Shown here: positions 1 through 8,740 of the stretch, one piece after another
Numbering within the stretch: the stretch's first letter is position 1
Layout: every line of letters begins with the position of its first letter
From: Escherichia phage vB_EcoM-pEK20
Length of the DNA stretch: 64,000 bases
Strand: one strand, 5' to 3'
Sequence record: MZ868638.1
Position numbers and translations under genes: made by a program
The notes under the pieces: model-generated
What the model was told of the DNA's origin: nothing
What the model saw: only the letters and a program-made list of their open reading frames with translations
Database searches by the model: none

Positions 1-306
1 TTTTATTTTAACGAACGTGAAACAGTTATTTCCGATAGGTTAATTAATTCGCTGTATCAGCATGCTGATTATGTCTATTTTCAAAATGAATTCGGACATT
101 GGAAGTTTCTTAAAAACCGTTCCGGGTTAACTAGTTTTGAATACTTTGACCGTAAAGACCTTTTAAACGAAATTCCATTACAACATAGGTTCCAGAAACG
201 CGAATCACTATACTATTGTCGTCATATACCAAATGCTGAATGTGTTGATGAAGTAATTAATCTATGGCGTAGACGTAGAGAACAAATTGATGATATGTCA
301 AAATAA
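1..306 (+). CDS. hypothetical protein, 5' end outside window (C-terminal ~101 aa)
   Basis: Frame 1 open from nt 1 to TAA 304-306; no homolog recognised. Confidence 0.4.
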   Translation, partial: FYFNERETVISDRLINSLYQHADYVYFQNEFGHWKFLKNRSGLTSFEYFDRKDLLNEIPLQHRFQKRESLYYCRHIPNAECVDEVINLWRRRREQIDDMSK

Positions 307-475
307 GAAGCCGGGTCGCTACCGGCAAGTCGTCGGACTGATGTTCCCTGAGTAAGGACTGGTCTTAATAAATCTTTATGATTTGTTAATATCCCCTTAC
401 ATCACAGCAGAAACGGCGCAAAGAATTATCGATTCGAGGAAATATCTTTGCCGTAAGCCGAGTAGCGTTTTTGAC

Positions 476-567
476 GGAACGTTCGGATATGGTCGAGATA
501 TGGCCTTTTAAAAATATTGAGTAGCGTCAACTGCTTAATAACCGGGTTCGAATCCCGGCGTTTCGTA
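476..567 (+). ncRNA. tRNA-like remnant or small stable RNA (non-canonical cloverleaf)
   Basis: T-arm ccggg-TTCGAAT-cccgg at 543-559; 476-482 cggaacg can pair with 560-566 cgtttcg; D and anticodon arms do not fold canonically. Confidence 0.2.
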
Positions 568-610
568 CAAACACTTGCCTTAGTAGGTGGAAACCCCGAC
601 AAGGTATATA

Positions 611-639
611 GCCCCTTCCGAAAGGTTGGGGCTTTTTTG
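611..639 (+). terminator. rho-independent terminator
   Basis: stem gcccc 612-616 / ggggc 629-633 followed by T-run 634-639. Confidence 0.7.
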
Positions 640-640
640 T

Positions 641-648
641 ATAAATAT
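641..648 (+). promoter_or_regulatory. T4-type late promoter core TATAAATA
   Basis: exact TATAAATA 35 nt upstream of internal-protein-like gene at 683. Confidence 0.5.
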
Positions 649-682
649 AGTAAACAATAAACCTACTTTCTAAGGACCATCA

Positions 683-1309
683 ATGTATACTTTTAATGAA
701 TTTTTAGCCGAAACGGAAGTAATCACCGAAGCCGGTGTACGTATGACAAAAGAGAAATGGCAAGCTGCTTACGATGCTATTTCTGGTACAAAAACTAGTA
801 CAGAGTTTTTCAAAAACGTTCAAGCCATGTATGGTATCGACACTTCCAGCCAAAAAGAATATTACAGAGCTTCTAAAGCATTCAAAGATATTGTTAGTGG
901 CGGTGTTTCTGCTAAATCGGGTTCGCCTAAAGTAAAACCTGCTCCTACCGTTCCTAAACCTGCGACCCCTAAAGCAATAGCAAAACCTGAGCCTAAGCCG
1001 GAAGTAAAAGCAACTCCTAAAGCTCCTGCTCTTAAGTTTGATACTTCTAGCCTGGAAAAAAAATATAAACAACTATCTTCGCTTGTTCGTGATATTGAAT
1101 CCGATACATCTTCACTCGTTCGTGAATTCAACAGTCTTCGTAATGGCCAACATATCAACAACCTTGATACCCCAGACCTTTATCGTCTTTATTTGACTAT
1201 CGAAGGTTTGAAGTATACTCAACCACTTCACGATGCGATTAAAGAAAAACTTCGTCAGGCAGGTCGTTTGGCTGCTGACGCTGCTCAGTATGCAAAAACT
1301 CGTAAGTAA
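683..1309 (+). CDS. internal (head-packaged) protein-like, Pro/Lys-rich, with capsid-targeting-like N-terminus
   Basis: N-terminus MYTFNEFLAE resembles T4 IP leader MKTYQEFIAE; SD taagga upstream; PKP repeats. Confidence 0.5.
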   Translation: MYTFNEFLAETEVITEAGVRMTKEKWQAAYDAISGTKTSTEFFKNVQAMYGIDTSSQKEYYRASKAFKDIVSGGVSAKSGSPKVKPAPTVPKPATPKAIAKPEPKPEVKATPKAPALKFDTSSLEKKYKQLSSLVRDIESDTSSLVREFNSLRNGQHINNLDTPDLYRLYLTIEGLKYTQPLHDAIKEKLRQAGRLAADAAQYAKTRK

Positions 1310-1314
1310 AGAAT

Positions 1315-1333
1315 GGGGACTTCGGTCCCCATT
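1315..1333 (+). terminator. UUCG-tetraloop hairpin (terminator/RNA stabiliser), no strong U-run
   Basis: ggggac-ttcg-gtcccc directly after stop of 683..1309. Confidence 0.4.
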
Positions 1334-1361
1334 AGGGGGTCTATAACTTACTGAAAAAGTT

Positions 1362-1390
1362 GTTTACTTCTTCCCTAGATGTGTTACTAT
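1362..1390 (+). promoter_or_regulatory. early promoter (T4 early type)
   Basis: -35 gtttac 1362-1367, 17-nt spacer, -10 tactat 1385-1390 preceded by tg. Confidence 0.6.
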
Positions 1391-1418
1391 AGACCTATAA
1401 AAACATGAGGAAAATGTT

Positions 1419-1922
1419 ATGAGTCTTTATACCGAACTGAATAAAAAATCTGAAGAATCTGCTGAAACTATTTTTAAAAACGTGCAAAAGCGTATTTTAG
1501 AAAAGATGTATAACACTGCAGCTAAAGGTGAAAAATCTTGCCGGTTTCCGATGAGGTGTTCTTCTGATTTATGCGCAAATACTATTGAATGGCTGGAAAG
1601 TGAAGGTCTTACGGTAGAGAAAAACCCGGCGACTTCTATTGACAGCGAATCATATATTAGTATTTCTTGGGATAAATCAAGGGTAGAAGAGAAAGATGGT
1701 GATTGGGTTGTAGATGTTAAAACTTCTGATGGTGGACGTTCTGTTGAAGTTTCAGCTGTAGTTAAAGGTACCCACGAACAAAGGACTTGGGGTTGGGGTG
1801 GTGAAGAAAAAGAAATTGTTCTTAGTGTGATTGCCAGGTCAACCAGTAATAAAATTGCACAAAGCATCATTGACGCTGCAATTGCTGAAGCAGAAAAAAT
1901 TTGCAAAATTAAAAATAAATGA
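1419..1922 (+). CDS. hypothetical protein
   Basis: ATG ORF with gagg SD 9 nt upstream; no homolog recognised. Confidence 0.5.
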   Translation: MSLYTELNKKSEESAETIFKNVQKRILEKMYNTAAKGEKSCRFPMRCSSDLCANTIEWLESEGLTVEKNPATSIDSESYISISWDKSRVEEKDGDWVVDVKTSDGGRSVEVSAVVKGTHEQRTWGWGGEEKEIVLSVIARSTSNKIAQSIIDAAIAEAEKICKIKNK

Positions 1923-1951
1923 TGTACAAACGCCAAGGACGGTGTTACTAT
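1923..1951 (+). promoter_or_regulatory. early promoter
   Basis: -35 tgtaca, -10 tactat 1946-1951; the listed ORF start at 1919 lies inside this promoter. Confidence 0.45.
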
Positions 1952-1981
1952 AGACTTATCAACTACAGAGGAGTAAACAAA

Positions 1982-2146
1982 ATGACTACTTTAATTATTT
2001 GGTTTGACGAAAATGAAGAAACATACTGTGTGAACATTGGCGAAAGCCCAATGCCTGAATTTGAATCCTCAGATAAAAACTCTGTTGTATCTTGGGCTGA
2101 AGGTTATAAAGCAGCTAAAGGTGACGTTGAAATAATTTACATCTAA
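1982..2146 (+). CDS. hypothetical small protein
   Basis: internal ATG (M22 of ORF 1919..2146) preceded by SD gaggag; upstream part of listed ORF is promoter sequence. Confidence 0.45.
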   Translation: MTTLIIWFDENEETYCVNIGESPMPEFESSDKNSVVSWAEGYKAAKGDVEIIYI

Positions 2147-2164
2147 GTAAGTTTATGTTATAGT
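2135..2164 (+). promoter_or_regulatory. early promoter
   Basis: -35 atttac, -10 tatagt 2159-2164 within tgttatagtag motif shared by many promoters here. Confidence 0.5.
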
Positions 2165-2192
2165 AGTCCTATCAAATCAAGAGGAAAACAAA

Positions 2193-2420
2193 ATGGCTAA
2201 AGTTAGTATTGATGTCGTTGATTATGAATACACCGAAGAAGTTATTCGCAACCGACACCCTGAAGTTCGTATCGATTCAGTCCAAGATTCCAAGTTCTGG
2301 ACAACTGAGCTTAATCTGAGCGGTCCTTATGAAGTTGTTAAGAAGTTCATGGTTGAAGAATACTGCGAAGGCATGCACCCGGAAGACGCCGAGTTTTATG
2401 TCAATTTGATTAAAAAATAA
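2193..2420 (+). CDS. hypothetical protein
   Basis: ATG ORF, SD agagga upstream. Confidence 0.5.
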   Translation: MAKVSIDVVDYEYTEEVIRNRHPEVRIDSVQDSKFWTTELNLSGPYEVVKKFMVEEYCEGMHPEDAEFYVNLIKK

Positions 2421-2449
2421 TTTACAAACTCTTGAGAGCAGAGTATAAT
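2421..2449 (+). promoter_or_regulatory. early promoter inside repeated stem-loop cassette
   Basis: -35 tttaca 2421-2426, -10 tataat 2444-2449 flanked by inverted repeat gagagc/gctctc. Confidence 0.55.
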
Positions 2450-2468
2450 GCTCTCGTTGGATAATAAA
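2425..2468 (+). repeat. promoter cassette copy A (near-identical to 32539..32584)
   Basis: caaactcttgagagcagagtataatgctctc...ttggataataaa occurs twice in window. Confidence 0.8.
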
Positions 2469-2490
2469 CCACCAATTGAAAGGTAATAAT

Positions 2491-3084
2491 ATGAACACAC
2501 TGAAGAAACTTGTTGAATTCATCCGCACTAAACTGGGTACTGCTATGGCTAAAAATCTGACTGTCGAAGAACAGTATAACGCAGCTGCAGATAAGTTGAT
2601 TACCCAAATCAAAGAACTAAAAACGGCTTCTGTTAAATCTATTAATGAAGAAAAACGTATTCGCGAACTTGTTATTGAAAAGAATAAGCAAGCCGCTTCT
2701 AAGGAACGTGAAATTCGTAAGCTCCTGGCTGAAGGACAAGATGTTACCATGCATGCTAAGCTTGGTCTTCTGTATCGTCGAACTGCCGAACAACTTAATA
2801 CAAAAGCTGACGGGTATGCCGCTATGCGAATTGAAATTGCTCGTAAGGTTGTTGAACTTGACGATGCTCGTCAGAATCTGGCAATCAAACTCGAATACAT
2901 TCGTGAAACTCGAGCAGCTAATGCCCTTGGTATCTCTACGGCTGATGATGTAATTGAAATCGCTGCACTGACTAAGGTTGATATCGAAGACACTCTGACT
3001 CGTGTTGAAACGTTCAATGGTACTCCAGCTGGTGTCGAAACCACTTCTGCTGATGTACAAGAATATATTAACTCTTTGAAATAA
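2491..3084 (+). CDS. hypothetical protein (likely coiled-coil)
   Basis: ATG at M6 of listed TTG-start ORF; heptad-like charged sequence. Confidence 0.5.
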   Translation: MNTLKKLVEFIRTKLGTAMAKNLTVEEQYNAAADKLITQIKELKTASVKSINEEKRIRELVIEKNKQAASKEREIRKLLAEGQDVTMHAKLGLLYRRTAEQLNTKADGYAAMRIEIARKVVELDDARQNLAIKLEYIRETRAANALGISTADDVIEIAALTKVDIEDTLTRVETFNGTPAGVETTSADVQEYINSLK

Positions 3085-3092
3085 AATAATAC

Positions 3093-3114
3093 GGAGGACT
3101 CCGGTCCTCCTTTT
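3093..3114 (+). terminator. rho-independent terminator
   Basis: stem ggaggac 3093-3099 / gtcctcc 3104-3110, loop tccg, then tttt. Confidence 0.7.
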
Positions 3115-3133
3115 GGATAATAAAGGAGTTAAC

Positions 3134-3730
3134 ATGCGAAACCAAAATAATGATATTGACTCAATGTTCGAAGAGTTCCGAGATAAGGTAAATCCACCTA
3201 CGTCTTTAGTTGATTCATTACGATATGTTGCAACTGGACGTAAATGGTACTGGTCGTCTTCTTATGAGACAACTGAATATGCAAATAACCGAAAATCTTT
3301 ATTAGCCCCAGGTATTATGATTCATGATATCGGAGCTATTGCTAAACTAGTTGCAGACCATGATATTAGATTCACTGATTTCGTTGCTCCTACGTGGTCT
3401 GTTTGTTGTTTAAACACTGAATGGGACTATATCAGTGAACGTTCAGATGATTACATAGGCTTTAGAGACAAGCTTTTAAGGTCTAACATGTTTTATATTG
3501 ATACAGAAGTTCTGGTCAATAATAAAAAATACTACTTCACTTTAATCGTCGATTCTGAAACTATGTATGAAGGCAAGCCTTTGCTTAAAAGAGTTGATGC
3601 TTTAAGTGCTATTGATGCGCTTTATGAAACCATGGTTGTTAGTCCTAATTTCACTAACAATTTAATCCTTGAGCAATTTATTATGGAATGTAGAGAATAT
3701 GTCAAAGCCAACCCTATACATGCCAAGTAA
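3134..3730 (+). CDS. hypothetical protein
   Basis: ATG with SD aaagga; C-terminus carries EQFIMECR junction motif. Confidence 0.5.
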   Translation: MRNQNNDIDSMFEEFRDKVNPPTSLVDSLRYVATGRKWYWSSSYETTEYANNRKSLLAPGIMIHDIGAIAKLVADHDIRFTDFVAPTWSVCCLNTEWDYISERSDDYIGFRDKLLRSNMFYIDTEVLVNNKKYYFTLIVDSETMYEGKPLLKRVDALSAIDALYETMVVSPNFTNNLILEQFIMECREYVKANPIHAK

Positions 3731-4094
3731 GCCCTGGGCGTATGAATACAAGCGTAAATTAATCCCAAATGAAGTACTATTTGGCCCTATTTTAGCTTTA
3801 GCGTTTTTAATCTTTATGTTTATAGGAGCTGTTTTAGATTCCAATAAAGTTATATCGTCTGATGCAGCGTTTTCATTAATGTTCGTCGCACCACTTATTG
3901 TACCGTTTTTATTAATGCCTATTAATTGGGCAGGATATTGGCACCAAGGCCGTCATCACAGAGCCCGATTAAGAGAATGGAAAGTTCAGTGCGCAAAAGC
4001 CCAAGCTCAGTATGATGAAGCTGTTAAAAAGTATGAATATGAAGAAGCTATGGAATTCGTTAAGGAAATAAGATGCAAAAACCTCAACTCTTAA
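3699..4094 (+). CDS. small membrane protein (2 predicted TM segments)
   Basis: first in-frame ATG of listed TTG ORF; hydrophobic segments; C-terminal EFVKEIRC motif; start uncertain (3720 also possible). Confidence 0.4.
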   Translation: MSKPTLYMPSKPWAYEYKRKLIPNEVLFGPILALAFLIFMFIGAVLDSNKVISSDAAFSLMFVAPLIVPFLLMPINWAGYWHQGRHHRARLREWKVQCAKAQAQYDEAVKKYEYEEAMEFVKEIRCKNLNS

Positions 4095-4315
4095 CCGTAT
4101 GGCCTTCTCTTGGTGAGAACGTTCTAATTTTTATTATGAGTATTGGCATGGGATTTGCCTTTGGATTAGTTGGATTTCTTATTGACGGCGTTGTGTTAGG
4201 ATTTATAGGGAACACTGTTGGATTCACAGACCAATGGCAGGACTTACGGTATACACAAGCCTTTGCATCCATCGCATCATTTTGTACTGTAGTCTATTTT
4301 TACTACGATTTATAA
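4073..4315 (+). CDS. small membrane protein
   Basis: ATG ORF, strongly hydrophobic 80 aa. Confidence 0.45.
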   Translation: MQKPQLLTVWPSLGENVLIFIMSIGMGFAFGLVGFLIDGVVLGFIGNTVGFTDQWQDLRYTQAFASIASFCTVVYFYYDL

Positions 4316-4426
4316 ACCATAACAAGAAAAATAAAAAGGTTTACGCTTCTCAAATGATTAGTTATAATGAACTCCTAGCTAGACGTGAAAATGAAACAAT
4401 CGAAAACTTTATTAAGGAATGTAGAA

Positions 4427-4732
4427 ATGAGTAAGATTATTGAAATTAAAGTACCAGAGTTTAATGATGCCAAATCCGCTTCAGATGCAATTTATAAACT
4501 TCTGAATCAAGCTGAACGTATCGAAGAAGAAGCAACAAAGATCGCAGACCAATATGCCGTATCATTTTCTGTAGGTGATTATGGTAGTGGTCGTACTTAT
4601 TATCCTAAGGGTGAAATCGTATCCCAGTGGATGAAAGATGAAATTGAAAATAATGGTGGCGATGTTAAGCGTGAAGGTAATGGTTACATTATTACTGAAG
4701 GTGCTTGGGTTTCGTCTTCTGCGTTGTGCTAA
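4427..4732 (+). CDS. small protein, paralog family with C-terminal GxW[VI]SSSxxC (copy 1)
   Basis: ATG at M15 of listed GTG ORF; C-terminus GAWVSSSALC. Confidence 0.5.
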   Translation: MSKIIEIKVPEFNDAKSASDAIYKLLNQAERIEEEATKIADQYAVSFSVGDYGSGRTYYPKGEIVSQWMKDEIENNGGDVKREGNGYIITEGAWVSSSALC

Positions 4733-4741
4733 GGAATCATT

Positions 4742-5014
4742 ATGTCTAAAGAACAAACCGAACTGGCTGAAGCCGTAGCAAAAATCTATGCAGCTATTGA
4801 GGCTGCCAAAGAAATTGCTGATAAACAAAACACAACATTCGACTTGTATCCAGCTTATGGTATGGGTGGAACCTATCATTCACCGGGACAACTTAAAGCC
4901 GATCTTGAACGTTGTACAAAAAACGGCTATGCTGAATGGGCTGACGTTTACCAATACGACTACAATCTGAGCCTCGAAACTGGTGGTTGGATTGCGTCTT
5001 CTCACACTTGCTAA
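4742..5014 (+). CDS. small protein, paralog family (copy 2)
   Basis: ATG ORF; C-terminus GGWIASSHTC. Confidence 0.5.
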   Translation: MSKEQTELAEAVAKIYAAIEAAKEIADKQNTTFDLYPAYGMGGTYHSPGQLKADLERCTKNGYAEWADVYQYDYNLSLETGGWIASSHTC

Positions 5015-5023
5015 GGAAATCAT

Positions 5024-5221
5024 ATGTCTCGTGAATTAGATTGTGCTGTACGTACGGCAGTAGCTGCCCTAGAAAACCTGTTCCAAATTGCAACAGAAGA
5101 ACGCGAAGAAGTTACATTATGGATTGAAGATAACGCAGGTCTGAATCTCCAGAATGCAATCTCGGTATCAAATAATAGTATTACTGTTCAAGGCTGGGTA
5201 TCATCTAGTTATTCTTGCTAA
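5024..5221 (+). CDS. small protein, paralog family (copy 3)
   Basis: ATG ORF; C-terminus QGWVSSSYSC. Confidence 0.5.
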   Translation: MSRELDCAVRTAVAALENLFQIATEEREEVTLWIEDNAGLNLQNAISVSNNSITVQGWVSSSYSC

Positions 5222-5225
5222 AACA

Positions 5226-5255
5226 GTTTACAACAAGATAGGGCTATGTTATAGT
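5226..5255 (+). promoter_or_regulatory. early promoter in stem-loop
   Basis: -35 gtttac 5226-5231, -10 tatagt 5250-5255; inverted repeat gatagg 5237-5242 / cctatc 5259-5264. Confidence 0.6.
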
Positions 5256-5283
5256 AGTCCTATCAAATTAAACGGAGACCACA

Positions 5284-5523
5284 ATGATTTATTACGAAAG
5301 TGTTGGAACCAAAGTGGTTGGTAAAACCATTACTCGTGAAAAGTTTGCAAAGATATTCGATATGCGTTATAAAAAATCTGAACACAAAGGCATCCGATTC
5401 GAAGATGCACACTGTACAATTTGCCCTTATAATGAAGACATAAATGGTACAATCGTTCCATTAGTAGAGGCTTCACACGATGACCTCTGGGATGAATATA
5501 ATATCGCATGTCGTGAAATTTAA
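5284..5523 (+). CDS. hypothetical protein
   Basis: ATG ORF with SD ggagacc upstream. Confidence 0.45.
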   Translation: MIYYESVGTKVVGKTITREKFAKIFDMRYKKSEHKGIRFEDAHCTICPYNEDINGTIVPLVEASHDDLWDEYNIACREI

Positions 5524-5547
5524 GTTAATTAATCCGAGGAAAATATT

Positions 5548-6504
5548 ATGATGTTAGTTATTGGTTCTCGTGCACTTCACTATCATGGTCTTATTGATTC
5601 TAGCGCTATCAAAAATAGCGATTGGGACTTTATTGCGGACCAAGGTTCTTGGAATGCATTCAAAAATCAAATGATGGGTGTATATGTTCACCAAGACAAC
5701 CCTGATGTCCAAGTTTTCAAATGCTTCCATAATGGACGCGAAACTCATTTTGAAGCATATATTGTTCCGGCAATCACTAATGTTCGTGAACTAGTCGGTG
5801 AACTCACTCCTGAAGATTTCACGTCTTCTTATGACCTTTTAAAATACGCCAAGAAAAATTTGACTAAAGATCGTTTGACCGGGTTTTACTGGGCAACTCC
5901 TGAGATATGTCTTGCAATTAAAATGTCTCATCGTTTCAAGAAAAATAATCCATTCTTTTTAAAGACTATGAACCATATTCAGTATCTTCGTGGTAAAGGT
6001 GTTACACTGAACGATGAACTTACTGAAATTATGCTGAAACGCCAGAAAGAAACTTTGAACTATGCTCACCCAGTTCTTGACACTTCTAAAAGTGCGTTCT
6101 TTAAAGATGACATCTATACATATGACCATGATACTATTCACGAAGCCATTGCACTAACAGACCGTCCGGCTTATACGTTTTACATGAAAGACGGTTCTGA
6201 AGTCATGACCTCACGCGAGAAGTTCGAATCGTTACCAGAAATGGTCAAATTGGCCGGCGTATATGAAGAATCATGTGTACTAGCGTTAGAACGTTCTCAG
6301 ATTCCTAATAACTTTGAAATTAACCCTGAAGCCAGTTTCATGATGGCATTAGAAAAAGTCTGCACAAGCATCACCTCCGGTTGGTTCCGTGAGTATGCCT
6401 GGGAGAACTATGGCAAAGTAGTAAGTATGTATCAAAGCTTAGGACACGACGATTACGTCAAGCGTTTCAAACAAAATTTTCATATGGTAAAACCTTTCAA
6501 ATAA
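5548..6504 (+). CDS. hypothetical protein (possible minimal nucleotidyltransferase fold, weak)
   Basis: 318-aa ORF, SD gagga; N-terminal IGSRALHY...DWD loosely resembles GS...DxD motif. Confidence 0.5.
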   Translation: MMLVIGSRALHYHGLIDSSAIKNSDWDFIADQGSWNAFKNQMMGVYVHQDNPDVQVFKCFHNGRETHFEAYIVPAITNVRELVGELTPEDFTSSYDLLKYAKKNLTKDRLTGFYWATPEICLAIKMSHRFKKNNPFFLKTMNHIQYLRGKGVTLNDELTEIMLKRQKETLNYAHPVLDTSKSAFFKDDIYTYDHDTIHEAIALTDRPAYTFYMKDGSEVMTSREKFESLPEMVKLAGVYEESCVLALERSQIPNNFEINPEASFMMALEKVCTSITSGWFREYAWENYGKVVSMYQSLGHDDYVKRFKQNFHMVKPFK

Positions 6505-6516
6505 CTTCACAAAACT

Positions 6517-6546
6517 GTTTACAACAAGATAGGACTATGTTATAGT
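6517..6546 (+). promoter_or_regulatory. early promoter in stem-loop
   Basis: -35 gtttac 6517-6522, -10 tatagt 6541-6546; inverted repeat ataggact/agtcctat. Confidence 0.6.
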
Positions 6547-6574
6547 AGTCCTATTAAAACATGAGGAGAATATT

Positions 6575-6880
6575 ATGAAATTAGGCGAAACCAACCGAAT
6601 TGGTCTTTTAACAATATTTGCATCACCTTTTTACGCAGCTCTTTCTGTTGCAGTATTACAAAAGGCTTACGATATGGATGGTGTTCCTGGTTGTATATTC
6701 TTATCACCATTTTTATTATTCGTCGGGGCTTTGTTATTATATGCCACGACTAGTTTTGACCATAATGTCTGGGTTAATTATAAATGTAAATTGTCTGAAG
6801 AAGAACACGCAGAAGCTCGTAAAAAAGCTATTGAATCTACCAATCTAGAAAATTTCATTAAAGAATGTCGAGGAAAATAA
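6575..6880 (+). CDS. small membrane protein with C-terminal ENFIKECR motif
   Basis: ATG ORF, SD gaggag; two hydrophobic segments. Confidence 0.5.
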   Translation: MKLGETNRIGLLTIFASPFYAALSVAVLQKAYDMDGVPGCIFLSPFLLFVGALLLYATTSFDHNVWVNYKCKLSEEEHAEARKKAIESTNLENFIKECRGK

Positions 6881-6881
6881 T

Positions 6882-7568
6882 ATGAATAGTTCTAAAGTGT
6901 TTAATAGTCAAGCTCGTGCAGTAGGTGGTTTCGCTGGCCGTATCAGTAATGATAAAATTAAAAATGAGCCTATGTTCTTCAACTGCGACCTGAAGTTTGC
7001 TTTTGATAATGGCGGTCCTATCACTCGTTCTTTCATCATGAATCTGCCTGATGACTGGAACACTAATGAAGTAGTATTCGATTCACGTGTTCATATGCTT
7101 ATGCCTGGTTGGTACCCTGCTATTCCTGGATATCACCATGACGATGTTCCTCGCCCTGATATTCCAGTCGGCCAACACTTTATTACTGCAGGACAACCTG
7201 ACTATGATAACCCTCGTTACCATTCTGAACATATTCTTGGTCTTGTTAACGCTGACGTGTGTCCTACTCATTTTGCAACAGGAACTGCAGAGTTCAGTCA
7301 GATTCCTGATGGCGAACTTATCTATCGCCAGTGGCACAAAGAAGTCCTCGAAAAAATTGAAAAAGGTGAACTAGAGAAATGGGAAGCTCCGGACCGTACT
7401 CTTCTTCAGTTTGATTGGCAAACATGGCACACTGGTTCTCGTGCAATTAGTAATGGATGGCGTTGGTTCGGACGTGTATCTCGTAATACAGACCGAGTTA
7501 AAAAGATTACCAATGAAATTCGTGTCAACGCTCAAGTTTATCTAGAATTCCCTATGGAAGGCTGGTAA
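6882..7568 (+). CDS. hypothetical protein
   Basis: 228-aa ATG ORF, start 1 nt after upstream stop. Confidence 0.5.
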   Translation: MNSSKVFNSQARAVGGFAGRISNDKIKNEPMFFNCDLKFAFDNGGPITRSFIMNLPDDWNTNEVVFDSRVHMLMPGWYPAIPGYHHDDVPRPDIPVGQHFITAGQPDYDNPRYHSEHILGLVNADVCPTHFATGTAEFSQIPDGELIYRQWHKEVLEKIEKGELEKWEAPDRTLLQFDWQTWHTGSRAISNGWRWFGRVSRNTDRVKKITNEIRVNAQVYLEFPMEGW

Positions 7569-8059
7569 TGATTAACAAAACATATTGGTCTAATATTGAC
7601 GACGGCAATGAAGGTATTTCGTACTATTCGGTGGATTGGACAGGATGTCCATCCTACTTAGTGAAACATATTTGCCAAGAATTTAAAATCGACCAGCCAG
7701 CAGGTATTATTGTGAACAGATACATTAACGGATATCAACCTATCGATGAAGTAATACGAACAACTCAAGCTGATCTTGAAAAGTTTTTCAATAAGTGCCA
7801 ATGGATAACAGGATGGATTATATTTGTACCGTCGGTATGGTTTTTTAGTACTAAAGTAAGTGCCTTTGCCATACCAGATATTATCGCTATCTTATTAGCA
7901 TCTACTATCGTAAGTATTATTGGTGGTATTATTGGTGGAGGTACTATAGGCATCATTATTAATCTTGTTAAAAGTAGTTTACAGGAACGTAAAGACAAGA
8001 TAAAGGCCAAGAATAATGAAGTTGAACGTTTTATTACCGAATGCAGGAATTTGAGATGA
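7568..8059 (+). CDS. membrane protein with C-terminal ERFITECR motif
   Basis: ATG overlapping upstream stop (taATGa); Gly/Ile-rich TM segment. Confidence 0.5.
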   Translation: MINKTYWSNIDDGNEGISYYSVDWTGCPSYLVKHICQEFKIDQPAGIIVNRYINGYQPIDEVIRTTQADLEKFFNKCQWITGWIIFVPSVWFFSTKVSAFAIPDIIAILLASTIVSIIGGIIGGGTIGIIINLVKSSLQERKDKIKAKNNEVERFITECRNLR

Positions 8060-8292
8060 GTATAGCAATTTACATTAAATCAGAATCATGTGATAGTTAT
8101 CTGTACACATACGATAAAGATGTGTCAGAAGAAAAAATCAAAGACGATCTTAATATGGACCTTGATTTGTTCAGTCCTATTGCAGATTACAAACTTGCGG
8201 TCTCTAATAGTGAAAGTCCATCTAAAGAAACGCGCATTGAAGAATTTATGTCCGAATTAATGGCCAAATCATGGGACCGAGATGATGAGTAA
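8056..8292 (+). CDS. hypothetical small acidic protein
   Basis: ATG at M6 of listed ORF, agga 9 nt upstream. Confidence 0.4.
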   Translation: MSIAIYIKSESCDSYLYTYDKDVSEEKIKDDLNMDLDLFSPIADYKLAVSNSESPSKETRIEEFMSELMAKSWDRDDE

Positions 8293-8740
8293 GAAAAATA
8301 AAGTGAAAGAACTATCAGCCGGTATTATTTTCCTTACCGAAAATAAAGAATTATTCATGGGTCGTGTAACTGGTTCTCGTCCTAAAGGTGCATTAGCTCA
8401 TCGGTGGGATATTCCTAAAGGCCGTGTCGAACCTGGCGAATCTCCTATTGAAGCCGCTATTCGTGAATGCGAAGAAGAAACTGGGTTTACACAATATGAT
8501 CCTGCCTTCCTGAAAGACCTAGGTGAACATCATTACTCAGACAATAAGAATATTCATCTGTTCCTATATACCATCCCTGTAGAGCACGAGCAATTCAGAA
8601 ACAGTGTTTGCAATTCCTATCATACATTCCCAGACGGACGTCAGATTCCTGAATTTGATGCATTCGCTTTAATTAAACCTTCTCAATGGGAATATGTAAT
8701 GGGCAAATCATTATATAAGGTGCTCACTACCCTCCTATAA
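8282..8740 (+). CDS. nudE: Nudix hydrolase (T4 NudE/e.1-like)
   Basis: Nudix box GRVEPGESPIEAAIRECEEETG; position immediately upstream of lysozyme as in T4. Confidence 0.75.
   Translation: MMSKKNKVKELSAGIIFLTENKELFMGRVTGSRPKGALAHRWDIPKGRVEPGESPIEAAIRECEEETGFTQYDPAFLKDLGEHHYSDNKNIHLFLYTIPVEHEQFRNSVCNSYHTFPDGRQIPEFDAFALIKPSQWEYVMGKSLYKVLTTLL

Noticed and set aside
476-567. A complete tRNA gene
   Set aside because: Only the T-arm and acceptor pairing fit; D and anticodon arms do not fold, so it is reported only as a low-confidence tRNA-like remnant
1427-1936. Minus-strand ORFs fully overlapping plus-strand genes (for example 1427..1936, 2277..2750, 41666..42259, 43172..43804)
   Set aside because: They are antisense to well-supported genes, lack SD sequences, and the region is unidirectionally transcribed in T4-like phages
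1919-1981. Long 5' extensions of listed ORFs (1919, 16761, 31002, 32534, 60510 and others)
   Set aside because: The extensions run through promoter or stem-loop sequence, and a downstream ATG with an SD gives a better start
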